From the NCBI GenBank assembly GCA_041178345.1, contig JBEGVQ010000109.1, positions 11,074-75,073 of the forward strand: 64,000 nucleotides of DNA, written 5' to 3'. The stretch comes from Acidobacteriota bacterium (lineage in GTDB: Bacteria > Acidobacteriota > Vicinamibacteria > Vicinamibacterales > UBA2999). Below, piece by piece: positions 27,351 to 35,600 of this stretch. The notes under the pieces were generated by a model. It saw only the letters and a list, made by a program, of their open reading frames with translations, was not told where the DNA came from and did not search any database. Both the position numbers and the translations under genes were made by a program. Each line of letters starts with the position of its first letter. Position 1 is the first letter of the stretch.

Positions 27351-28676
27351 TCGCGTCGCGACGAAGAACAAGACCGCGCCGGCGGCGAGGGCGGCGGCGC
27401 CGGCTGTCAGCTGAGCCTGGCTCGCACCCGCCAGGATTCCCAGGGCCACGATCGACGCAACCACCGGGATCACCGGGCCCAGGGGAACGGTGAACTTCGC
27501 GGGAGCGACCGCCCCATCCAGATCGCTGAAGTGCGAGCCGACCTGCGCGGCGATCTCCCGGTCGTGCTTCCTGAGCACCAGCGTCGAAGCGCACACCGCC
27601 AGGTACATCACCAGGCGCGCGATGGCCGACACCGCCGCGAGCGCCACGAACGAACCGGTGAGCGCCAGCGTCAGGGCCACCACCGCCGTGAACAGGATGG
27701 CGTTCGAGGGCGTGAGGTACGCGGGGTGAACGCGCGCGAACCACTTGGGCAGGTCGCCGTTCTCGGCCAGTGCGAAGAGAGTGCGCGACCCGTTCAGGAT
27801 CTGCCCCATGTTGTTGCCGGTCATCGACACCGCCGAGCCGATCGAAATCATCAGCGCGCCGGCCGCGCCGATGAAAATGGCCGCGCCGTCGGCCAGCGGC
27901 GTGCGGCTCGCGCCCAGGTCCGGCAGCACCCCGGTCGCCACCAGTGACGTCAGCGACATGACCACGGCCACCGTGATCAGCGTCGCCACGAAGGCAAACG
28001 GCACGTCGCGCCGCGGGTGGGCCGCCTCGCCGGCCAGCACCCCGGTGACCTCGTACCCGCCATACGCGAAGATCAGCAGGATCAGCGCGCTCGACAGTTG
28101 CTGCTGCGTGACCGCGGGCATCTCGGCGAACCGCGCCGGGTCGATGTACCAGATCCCGGCGATGATGAAGAGGGCGAGCGGCGCCAGCTTGCCGAGGGTC
28201 AGCGCGTTGACAACCCACGACGACTGCTTGATGCCGCGCACGTTGATCCAGGTGATCGCGATGGTCAGCCCGGCGATCAGCGTCATGCGCGGCAGGCCCG
28301 CCGCCAGCGCCGGCCAATAGAAAGCCAGCGCCAGGGCGAGCCCGTTGGCGACCGACGCCTGGCTGGTGACGCGCGTGAACCACATCATCCAGCCGACCTC
28401 GAATCCGACGAAGCGGCCAAAGGCCGCGCGCGCCGGCAGGTACGGGCCGCCGGTCTTCTCGAAGCGGCTGCTGACTTCCGCAAAGCACAGGGCGATCGAC
28501 AGCGACAGCAGGCCAACCGCCATGAACGCCAGCGGTCCCCATGGACCAACCAGCCGCGCCACGTCGGCCGGCAGCAGGAAGATGGCGCTGCCAATGACCT
28601 GGTTCACGCCGATGGCGGTCAGGTCCCAGCGCCCGAGCGCGCGCTTGAGGGCAGGTGTCTCAGCCGTTCCAGCCAT
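27339..28676 (-). CDS. APC superfamily amino acid permease
   Basis: 445 aa with about 12 hydrophobic segments. N-terminal signature LKRALGRWDLTAIGVNQVIGSAIFLLPA. Confidence 0.85.
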   Translation of the reverse strand: MAGTAETPALKRALGRWDLTAIGVNQVIGSAIFLLPADVARLVGPWGPLAFMAVGLLSLSIALCFAEVSSRFEKTGGPYLPARAAFGRFVGFEVGWMMWFTRVTSQASVANGLALALAFYWPALAAGLPRMTLIAGLTIAITWINVRGIKQSSWVVNALTLGKLAPLALFIIAGIWYIDPARFAEMPAVTQQQLSSALILLIFAYGGYEVTGVLAGEAAHPRRDVPFAFVATLITVAVVMSLTSLVATGVLPDLGASRTPLADGAAIFIGAAGALMISIGSAVSMTGNNMGQILNGSRTLFALAENGDLPKWFARVHPAYLTPSNAILFTAVVALTLALTGSFVALAAVSAIARLVMYLAVCASTLVLRKHDREIAAQVGSHFSDLDGAVAPAKFTVPLGPVIPVVASIVALGILAGASQAQLTAGAAALAAGAVLFFVATRLKV

Positions 28677-28824
28677 CGGGCTCCTTCGTTCCGGACGGCC
28701 TGGCAGCGAGGGCCCGCATGATCACGCAACCGGCGAGACCGAGTGTCAGGTGGCGGCAGTGAAAGTGCGTACGTGGCACGGGCAGACTGGAAGGATCGAA
28801 CGCCGGTTGTATCATGATTTCCGC

Positions 28825-29512
28825 ATGAGCACCACTTCCCCGGGCGGCGTGCGCTCGACGCTCGAGGCACGGGCGTACACCGAGCCGGCCTGGTTCCAGT
28901 CCGAGAGCGACCGGATCTTCGCGCGGATGTGGCTGGCCGTCGGCCGCGCGCCCGAGCTGGCGCAGCCAGGCGCGTTCATCACCCGCGACATTGCCGGTGC
29001 GAGCGTGATCGTGGTGCGCGCCGCTGATGGCCGGCTCACGGCGTTTCATAACGTCTGCCGTCATCGCGGCACACGCCTGTGCGTGACGGACGAGGGGACG
29101 TTCGCGGGCAGCCTCCAGTGTCCATATCACGCCTGGACCTATGGGCTCGACGGCGCGTTGCTGGCCGCGCCGCAAATGGACGCCGCACCCGGGTTCGACA
29201 TCAACCTGTCGGCTGCCCCGCCGCCGCTTGGCGAACAGATCCGCGGCGATCCATCCGCTGCTGAACCGGATGCACCACTACCTCGGCGCCGAGAACGTGC
29301 CGTCCACCGAGACCTACTGCGGCGGGGCGATGGGATTCAAGGACGGGGTCGAGACGCTCAGCACCGACGGCAGGCGCCGCCGGGCGGTGCTGCCCGGTCT
29401 TGGCGAGCGCGAACGGGACCTGGTCAACTACTTTGCGATCTACCCGAACTTCCTGCATCAGTTCGTCCTGAAGGCACTCAAACACGAAGATCACGAAGGG
29501 CGCGAGGCCTGA
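28825..29512 (+). pseudogene. Degraded Rieske non-heme iron oxygenase alpha subunit (intact Rieske domain, internal deletion/frameshift, truncated catalytic domain)
   Basis: Frame 1 holds the Rieske domain with CRHRG...CPYHAWTY, then degenerates after ...APPPLGEQI. A second frame (ORF 29141-29512) carries catalytic-domain remnants (IHPLLNRM..., YCGGAMGFKDGVETLSTDG, VNYFAIYPNFL) and stops early. About 230 codons remain, versus the 350-450 expected. Confidence 0.7.
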
Positions 29513-29532
29513 TTTCGTTCGTGGTCTTCGTG
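29483..29532. terminator. 15-bp inverted repeat (one mismatch) between the oxygenase remnant and the convergent C-N hydrolase gene
   Basis: CACGAAGATCACGAA (29483-29497) and TTCGTGGTCTTCGTG (29518-29532), with a 20-nt loop. Confidence 0.45.
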
Positions 29533-29542
29533 ACCCGCGTGG

Positions 29543-30364
29543 TCACTTGCCAATCCAGCCGGCGTAGATCTCAGGCCGCCGGTGCTTGAGGAACAAGCGC
29601 CGCGCATTTGATTCGGCCGTCTTGCCCAGATCAATCTCGGCATAGACGATCTCGTCGGCGCCTTTCGCCCCGCGCGCGAGCACGTCGCCGTCGGGGCCGC
29701 ACACGAACGACTCACCCGCGAAGTCGAGGCACTCCTCTTTCCCGACCCGGTTGCAGAGCGCGGTGAAGTAGCCGTTCTGGAAGGCGGCCACGCGCATTTC
29801 GGCTTCGTACAACCCCTCGGGCCACTCGTCCACCGCGCCGGCCTGCGGCACAATCACCAGGTCCGCGCCGTTCACGGCGAGGGCGCGCATGTATTCCGGG
29901 AAATGACGGTCGTAGCAAATCGCCACGCCGACCTTGCCGACCTTGGTCTTGAAGACCGGCACGCCCTTGTCGCCAGGGGTGTAGTAACCCTGTTCGTGGA
30001 AGCACGGATACTCGGTGATGTGGACCATGCGGGTGACGCCGAGCAGCGTGCCGTCGGCGTCGATCACCGGCGAACTGTCGAAGGTCTGGTGGCCCTCTCG
30101 CTCGTAGAGGTTGATCACCACCACGATGCCCAACTCGCGGGCCTTCTGCTGAAACGCCTTGACGGTCGGGCCATCGAGCGGCTCGGCCAGTTCGCGGAAG
30201 CCGCGCTCGGCCGGGCGTTGCGGGTAAAACCACTCGAATGCCAGTTCGGCGAAGCACGCCAGCTGCGCGCCATTCTGCGCGGCGGTATCGAGCGCGGCGA
30301 GGCCGCGCGCGACGTTGGCGGTCTTGTCGGTGGTGGCATGCTGCTGGATCAGCGCAATCTTCAT
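29543..30364 (-). CDS. Carbon-nitrogen hydrolase (nitrilase superfamily) protein
   Basis: MKIALIQQH..., catalytic Glu region LACFAELAF, Cys region KVGVAICYDRHFPE. An alternative ATG at 30382 adds 6 codons. Confidence 0.85.
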   Translation of the reverse strand: MKIALIQQHATTDKTANVARGLAALDTAAQNGAQLACFAELAFEWFYPQRPAERGFRELAEPLDGPTVKAFQQKARELGIVVVINLYEREGHQTFDSSPVIDADGTLLGVTRMVHITEYPCFHEQGYYTPGDKGVPVFKTKVGKVGVAICYDRHFPEYMRALAVNGADLVIVPQAGAVDEWPEGLYEAEMRVAAFQNGYFTALCNRVGKEECLDFAGESFVCGPDGDVLARGAKGADEIVYAEIDLGKTAESNARRLFLKHRRPEIYAGWIGK

Positions 30365-30451
30365 CTGCTCACGATAGTTCAATCACGGGGGTTCCATCAC
30401 GAGAGCTCATCACGGTGGTTCTGGGCCGGAAGGGGTTATCATGGCGCTGCC

Positions 30452-30814
30452 ATGCCATCCACTACACGCCTGTTCGGCCTCATCCTGATCGTGCTCGGCA
30501 TCGCCAGTTACATGGCGACCGGACGGACGAGCGTGACCGCGCTCATCCCCGCTATTTTCGGGTCGATCTTCGTGATCTGCGCACTGATCGCCCGGACCGA
30601 GTCCATGCGCAAGCACGCCATGCACGTCGCGGTGGCGGTCGGCCTGATCGGCGCGCTGGCGTCACTCGGGCGTGCCATTCCGGCGGTGATCGACGGCGGC
30701 GCGGCCCGGCCCGCCGTGATGTCGCAGCTCGTGATGGCCGCGCTGTTGATCGGCTACGTCTACCTGGGCGTGCAGTCGTTCATCGCTGCCCGCAAGGCAC
30801 GGCTCGGCAAGTAG
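30452..30814 (+). CDS. Small integral membrane protein (4 predicted TM segments), unknown function
   Basis: 120 aa. LFGLILIVLGIASYM, ALIPAIFGSIFVICALI, MHVAVAVGLIGALASL, LVMAALLIGYVYLGV. Confidence 0.55.
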   Translation: MPSTTRLFGLILIVLGIASYMATGRTSVTALIPAIFGSIFVICALIARTESMRKHAMHVAVAVGLIGALASLGRAIPAVIDGGAARPAVMSQLVMAALLIGYVYLGVQSFIAARKARLGK

Positions 30815-30868
30815 TCCGGCTCGGCGTGATCCGGCCGACGCCGGACGCTACCGGTGTGGTGGCCGCCT

Positions 30869-32062
30869 TCAGGCGGACCCGGTCTTGCGCGCTGGGTTGA
30901 AGAACGGCGTCGGCACCACCGTCGCCTTGGCCCGATGGCGCACGGCATCCACCGTCATTTCCATTTCCAGCCGCGTCCCTGTTGCGAAATGCGGGGCGTC
31001 GATGGTCGCGAGCGCAATCAGCTTCTTCAGGACCGGCGACCAGGCGGTGGAGGTTGCGCGGCCGACCTGCGCGCGGCCCTGGTAGACGGGCACAGCGACA
31101 CGCGAGGTGCCCGCTGGGGCGGTCGGCGGCAGGCCCACGGCTTCGTACAACTTCTCCACGTCCGTCCACTCGAGCTCGAGTCCGACGATCTGTCTGGCCC
31201 GGCCGCGGCGGATTGCCTCGGCCAGCGCCTTGCGGCCAATGAAGGGGCCCTTCTGCAGGTCAACCAGCCGCGCCATGCCCAACTCGAACGGCGTGTACTT
31301 CTGCGACTCGATCAGGGCCTTGCGGCTGCCGTGGAAGTCGACGTCGATCAGCAACAGTCCAGCCTCGATGCGCGAGATGTCGAGCGCGAGCATGCCGACC
31401 GGGTGCAGGTCGAACGCGGGACCGGCCGCCACGATCGCGTCCCAGACCTGCAACGCGGCATCCCACGGCATCCAGATTTCATAGCCGAGGTCGCCGGTAT
31501 AACCCGTTCGCGAGATGTCCACCGGAATGCCGGCAATGGTCGCGCTCGTGGCGCGGAAATAGCGCAGCGAATCCAGGTTGGCGTCACTGACGCGGCGCAG
31601 CAGGGCAGCCGACGTGGGGCCCTGCAACGCCAGCGCGGCCACTTGCTCGGAGACGTCTTCGACCTGGACGTCGAGCCCCGACGAGTTCTGCGTCAGCCAG
31701 CGCAGGCTGGGGTCGGCCGCCGTCCAGCGATACGACTGCTCCGCCACCCGCGTCACCGTCCCATCATCGATGACCTTCCCATCGTCATCGCACCAGGGGG
31801 TGTAGTAGACCTGCCCGACGGCCATCTTCGTGGCATCGCGCGTGATGATGCGGTTGACCAGGCGGGTCGCGTCCTGGCCCGACACGCGGTATTTGAAAAG
31901 CGGCGAGATGTCGATCAGGCCGCAGGCGTTGCGCAGGGCGTTGTATTCGTGCTCGTAGTGGGTCTCGTAGGCACTGACGGCGTAGTAGCCGGCCCAGTCG
32001 CGATAGCTGAGGCTTTCGCACAATTCGCGCGTGCGGGCATGGAAGGCGGAACCAACGGGCAC
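30869..32062 (-). CDS. Aminomethyltransferase (GcvT/DmdA-like, folate-binding) family protein
   Basis: GLIDISPLFKYRVSGQDA, ALALQGPTS, ISRTGYTGDLGYEIWMP and C-terminal barrel pattern. The only plausible start that avoids the divergent gene is the GTG at 32062. The ORF track extension to 32278 overlaps that neighbour. Confidence 0.8.
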   Translation of the reverse strand: MPVGSAFHARTRELCESLSYRDWAGYYAVSAYETHYEHEYNALRNACGLIDISPLFKYRVSGQDATRLVNRIITRDATKMAVGQVYYTPWCDDDGKVIDDGTVTRVAEQSYRWTAADPSLRWLTQNSSGLDVQVEDVSEQVAALALQGPTSAALLRRVSDANLDSLRYFRATSATIAGIPVDISRTGYTGDLGYEIWMPWDAALQVWDAIVAAGPAFDLHPVGMLALDISRIEAGLLLIDVDFHGSRKALIESQKYTPFELGMARLVDLQKGPFIGRKALAEAIRRGRARQIVGLELEWTDVEKLYEAVGLPPTAPAGTSRVAVPVYQGRAQVGRATSTAWSPVLKKLIALATIDAPHFATGTRLEMEMTVDAVRHRAKATVVPTPFFNPARKTGSA

Positions 32063-32064
32063 GG

Positions 32065-32080
32065 CGAAAGTATACTTTCG
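32065..32080. promoter_or_regulatory. Perfect 16-bp palindrome CGAAAGTATACTTTCG in the divergent control region
   Basis: Read directly from the sequence. It is an AT-rich core in GC-rich DNA, and it contains TATACT, which could also be a -10 element for the plus-strand operon. Confidence 0.4.
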
Positions 32081-32082
32081 TC

Positions 32083-32101
32083 GGGCCTGCGGAGCAGGCC
32101 C
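32083..32101. promoter_or_regulatory. Perfect 8-bp-arm palindrome/hairpin GGGCCTGC-GGA-GCAGGCCC
   Basis: Read directly from the sequence. Lies between the 16-bp palindrome and the GAGG ribosome-binding site of the downstream flavoprotein gene. Confidence 0.35.
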
Positions 32102-32129
32102 GCCGAGCGGAGCGAGGTTGAATAAAACC

Positions 32130-33707
32130 GTGTATGACGCGATTGTGATTGGCGGCGGGCACAACGGCCTGACCTGCGCTGCGTATCTCGCCCGGGCCGG
32201 GCGCAAGGTCCTGGTGCTCGAGCGCCGCCATGTCCTCGGTGGCGCCGCCGTCACCGAAGAGGTGTTCCCCGGCTTCAAGTTCTCGGTCTGCTCCTACGTG
32301 GTCTCGCTGCTCAGGCCCGAGATCATTCGCGAGCTCGACCTGCCGCGCCACGGCATGGAGTTATTGCCGCTCGACGGCACCATGACCCCCATGCCGAACG
32401 GCGACTACCTGTGGCGCGTCAACGATCACGACAAGACCCGCCGCGAAATCGCCCGCCACTCGCGCCTCGACGCCGAGGCGTACGACGAGTACGGCAAGGC
32501 CATGGTCGAGATGGGCCGGTTCGCCAAGCCGATCATGGGCATGCTGCCGCCCGACCCGACCTCGCTCGACCCGCGCGGCCTGCTCGAGCTGCTGGGCATG
32601 GGCAAGCGGTTCCGCGACATGCGCTTCCACGACAAGGTGAACCAGGTCCAGCTGCTCACCATGAGCGCGGTGGATTTTCTCGATCAATGGTTCGAGACCG
32701 ACGTGCTGAAGGCGACCATGTCGGCGTCGGGCATTATCGGGACCTTCCTGGGGGTCCGTTCACCGGGCACGGCCTACGTGCTGCTGCATCACTACATGGG
32801 CGAGATCGACGGCGCCTTCCGGTCATGGGGCCTGTCGCGTGGCGGCACTGGGGCGGTCTCGAACGCCATCGCCGCGGCCGCCATCGAGTTCGGCGCCGAG
32901 ATACGCACCGAGGCCACGGTGGCGCAGATTCTCAGCAAGAACGGACGGGCCACCGGCGTCGCGCTGGCCAACGGCGACGAGATTCACGCGAAGGTGGTGG
33001 TCTCGAGCGTGGACCCCAACCTGACGTTTCTGAAGTTCATGAACGAGCGGGACCTGCCTGGCGAGTTCGTCGAGGGCGTGAAGCGCTACAAGTACCGCGG
33101 CTCGTCGGGCAAGGTGAACCTCGCGCTCGACGCGCTGCCCAATTTCACGTGCCTGCCCGGCGCCGGTCCGCACCTGCGCGGCGCCATCTCCATTTCTCCC
33201 AGCGTCGACTACATGGAGCGCGCCTACGACGATGCGAAGTACGGGAGGTTCTCGAGCCGCCCGTACATGGACATGGTGATCCCGTCGCTGACCGATCCGT
33301 CGGTCGCGCCGCCGGGCAAGCACGTGATGTCGTGCTTCGTGCAGTACGCGCCGTATCACCTCAAGGACGGCGTGTGGGACGACCGCCAGCGCGAGGCGTT
33401 CGGCGATGCCGTGATCGATACCATCGCGGAATACGCGCCGAACATCAAGGACATCATCCTGCACCGGCAGGTGCTGACGCCGCTCGACATCGAACGCGAC
33501 TTCGGCCTCACCGAAGGCAACATTTTCCAGGGCGAGCTGACACTCGAACAGCTGTTCTTCCTGCGGCCGGTGCCCGGCTATGCCCAGTACGCCACGCCGA
33601 TTGATCGCTTGTACATGTGTGGATCGGCGACGCACCCCGGCGGCGGCATCATGGGCGCGCCAGGCCGAAACGCCGCCACGCGAATCCTCAAAGAGGTGTC
33701 GCGATGA
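32130..33707 (+). CDS. NAD(P)/FAD-dependent oxidoreductase, phytoene desaturase (CrtI)/amine oxidase superfamily, copy 1
   Basis: Dinucleotide fold YDAIVIGGGHNGLTCAAYLARAGRKVLVLERRHVLGGAA. C-terminal LYMCGSATHPGGGIMGAPG. GTG at 32130 (GAGG upstream) or TTG at 32118. Confidence 0.8.
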   Translation: MYDAIVIGGGHNGLTCAAYLARAGRKVLVLERRHVLGGAAVTEEVFPGFKFSVCSYVVSLLRPEIIRELDLPRHGMELLPLDGTMTPMPNGDYLWRVNDHDKTRREIARHSRLDAEAYDEYGKAMVEMGRFAKPIMGMLPPDPTSLDPRGLLELLGMGKRFRDMRFHDKVNQVQLLTMSAVDFLDQWFETDVLKATMSASGIIGTFLGVRSPGTAYVLLHHYMGEIDGAFRSWGLSRGGTGAVSNAIAAAAIEFGAEIRTEATVAQILSKNGRATGVALANGDEIHAKVVVSSVDPNLTFLKFMNERDLPGEFVEGVKRYKYRGSSGKVNLALDALPNFTCLPGAGPHLRGAISISPSVDYMERAYDDAKYGRFSSRPYMDMVIPSLTDPSVAPPGKHVMSCFVQYAPYHLKDGVWDDRQREAFGDAVIDTIAEYAPNIKDIILHRQVLTPLDIERDFGLTEGNIFQGELTLEQLFFLRPVPGYAQYATPIDRLYMCGSATHPGGGIMGAPGRNAATRILKEVSR

Positions 33708-35284
33708 AGGCCCCGCCACGCTACGACGCGATCGTGATCGGCGGTGGCGTGAACGGACTGACGTGCGCCGCCATGCTCGGCAAGGCGGGCGTGCGCACGG
33801 TGCTCGTCGAGCAGCGCGACGACGTCGGCGGCTGCGCCGCTGAAAGCGAGATTGCGCCAGGCTTCCGCGTACCGACGCTGGCGCATGCCACCGGCCCGGT
33901 CCGCCGCGATGTCGTCGAGCACCTCCAGCTGTACCTGCACGGCCTCACGTTTCTCGATCGGGCGATTGATGTCAGCAGCCTGTCACCTGACGGGCGCGCG
34001 CTGCCCCTGTGGCACGACCCTCGCAGGACCGCCGACGGATTGGCCGCGTGGTCGCAGCGGGATGCGCAGGCCTGGCCGGCCTTTCACCAGTCGCTCGCGC
34101 GGCTTGGCGGGCTGATCGGCTCGCTGTTCCAGTCGGCGCCGCCCTCGATTGATGCGCCGAATGCACGCGATCTGTTCGCGCTGATGCACACGCTGTCGGC
34201 CTTCCGCGGACTGCCCAAGGCCGACCAGTGGCGGTTGCTGCGATGGGGACCGATGGCGGTCGCCGACCTGGTGAGCGAGTCGGTGGAGAACGAACTGCTG
34301 CGGGCGACGCTGGCGGCCGACGGCATTTTCGGCGCGATGCTGGGCCCATGGTCGGCTGGCAGCGGCTTGCAGTTGCTGCTGAGCGCGGCCAACCGGTCAC
34401 TGGCCTGGCCGGGCGGCCAGGTGGTCGCCGGCGGACCTGTCGCCTTGGCGCGCGCACTGCGCGGCGCGGCCGAACGGCACGGCGTCGAGATCCGGACCGG
34501 AGCGGCCGTGGCGCGGATCGAGGTAAAGAACGACCGCGCCGCGGGCGTGACGCTGGCGACTGGTGCACACATCGAGGGACGGGCGGTGGTGTCGGGCGTT
34601 GACCCGAAGCGCACCTTCCTTGCGCTCTGCGAAGCCGACCACCTGCCGCCGGAGTTCTCGTGGCGGATCGCGAACTACCGCTCGCGCGGCACGCTCGCCA
34701 AGGTCAACTTCGCGCTATCGGCGTGGCCCTCGTTCACCGGCGCAACGCGCGAGATGTTATCGGGGCGCGTGCGCCTGGCGCCGGACCTCGACTACCTGGA
34801 GCGCGCGTTCGATCACGCGAAGTACGGGCGCTACTCAACCCATCCGTGGATCGAGTTCACCGTGCCCTCGATCGACAATCCCGCGCTGGCGCCTGAAGGC
34901 GCGCACGTGCTGTCGGCGTACGCGCAGTTCGCGCCGTTCCAACTCCGCGACACTAACTGGGACGCCGAGCGCGATCGCCTTGGCGACATCGTCACCACGA
35001 CGCTCGAACAGTACGCGCCCGGTTTCTCCGCCTCGATCGTTGCGCGACAGGTGCTTACGCCGCTGGACCTCGAACGCGGCTGGGGGCTGAGCGGCGGACA
35101 GATTTTTCATGGCGAGCTGGCGCTCGACCAGTTCTTCACCATGCGCCCGGTACTGGGATTTGGCAGCCACCGCACGCCGATTCGCGACCTTTTTCTGTGC
35201 AGTTCGGGGTCCCACCCCGGCACCGGCCTCACGGGGGGCTCAGGGGCCAACGCCGCGGCGGTGATTGCACGCGAGCTGGCTTGA
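33704..35284 (+). CDS. NAD(P)/FAD-dependent oxidoreductase, CrtI/amine oxidase superfamily, copy 2 (paralog of the upstream gene)
   Basis: YDAIVIGGGVNGLTCAAMLGKAGVRTVLVEQRDDVGGCAA. C-terminal LFLCSSGSHPGTGLTGGSG. The ATG overlaps the upstream stop (ATGA). Confidence 0.8.
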   Translation: MKAPPRYDAIVIGGGVNGLTCAAMLGKAGVRTVLVEQRDDVGGCAAESEIAPGFRVPTLAHATGPVRRDVVEHLQLYLHGLTFLDRAIDVSSLSPDGRALPLWHDPRRTADGLAAWSQRDAQAWPAFHQSLARLGGLIGSLFQSAPPSIDAPNARDLFALMHTLSAFRGLPKADQWRLLRWGPMAVADLVSESVENELLRATLAADGIFGAMLGPWSAGSGLQLLLSAANRSLAWPGGQVVAGGPVALARALRGAAERHGVEIRTGAAVARIEVKNDRAAGVTLATGAHIEGRAVVSGVDPKRTFLALCEADHLPPEFSWRIANYRSRGTLAKVNFALSAWPSFTGATREMLSGRVRLAPDLDYLERAFDHAKYGRYSTHPWIEFTVPSIDNPALAPEGAHVLSAYAQFAPFQLRDTNWDAERDRLGDIVTTTLEQYAPGFSASIVARQVLTPLDLERGWGLSGGQIFHGELALDQFFTMRPVLGFGSHRTPIRDLFLCSSGSHPGTGLTGGSGANAAAVIARELA

Positions 35285-35348
35285 CCAGGTCGCCGTCCGC
35301 GGCGACCATCCAGACAAGCGCGCTTACAACGTCGTCTTACTGATCCTG

Positions 35349-35362
35349 TCGGGAGTCGGGAG
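35349..35362 (+). repeat. Two tandem copies of the heptamer TCGGGAG
   Basis: TCGGGAGTCGGGAG, read directly from the sequence. It is the same unit as the repeat at 52194-52228, and it overlaps the Shine-Dalgarno-like GGGAGGG in front of the mini-ORF. Confidence 0.85.
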
Positions 35363-35372
35363 GGTCGATCAT

Positions 35373-35576
35373 GTGTTCCTTGCCTTCGTCCTCATCGTTG
35401 GAATGACTGCCACGGTGCTTGCTCAGGCCCCGCTGGTCGTGGTCCAGAACCTCGAATCGGGACAGGGCGCCGACCCGGAGTTCCTCACGCGCGCCCGCGA
35501 AGAGGCCAGGCCGGTGTCATTGAATGAAGGGGAAACGAAGGCCGTCGACGTCACACTTTCGAAGTTAACGCCGTAG
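35373..35576 (+). CDS. Mini-ORF: signal peptide fused to a copy of the C-terminal module of the downstream CarboxypepD_reg protein (functional small secreted protein or duplication remnant)
   Basis: GTG start 8 nt after GGGAGGG. MFLAFVLIVGMTATVLAQA, then LVVVQNLESGQGADPEFLTRAREEARPVSLNEGETKAVDVTLSKL. This aligns at roughly half identity with LIVAVQGLEDGQAGDPEFLAAVKEAAATFTLADGEAKAVDVKLPAP at the end of the next gene. Confidence 0.45.
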   Translation: MFLAFVLIVGMTATVLAQAPLVVVQNLESGQGADPEFLTRAREEARPVSLNEGETKAVDVTLSKLTP

Positions 35577-35600
35577 GCGCCACGCTCGTATGCTGTAGGT

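Noticed and set aside
29483-29532. The 15-bp inverted repeat as the ends of a MITE or IS remnant responsible for the oxygenase decay.
   Set aside because: The repeat arms are only 20 nt apart, so they form a hairpin and are not element termini. I found no target-site duplication, no transposase and no second copy in the window. A position between convergent genes fits a terminator.
32063-32129. Possible glycine or THF riboswitch upstream of the GcvT-like gene.
   Set aside because: Only about 67 nt are available. The conserved glycine-riboswitch cores (GGAGAG...ACCGAAGGGGC) are absent, and the palindromes look like DNA operators or simple hairpins.
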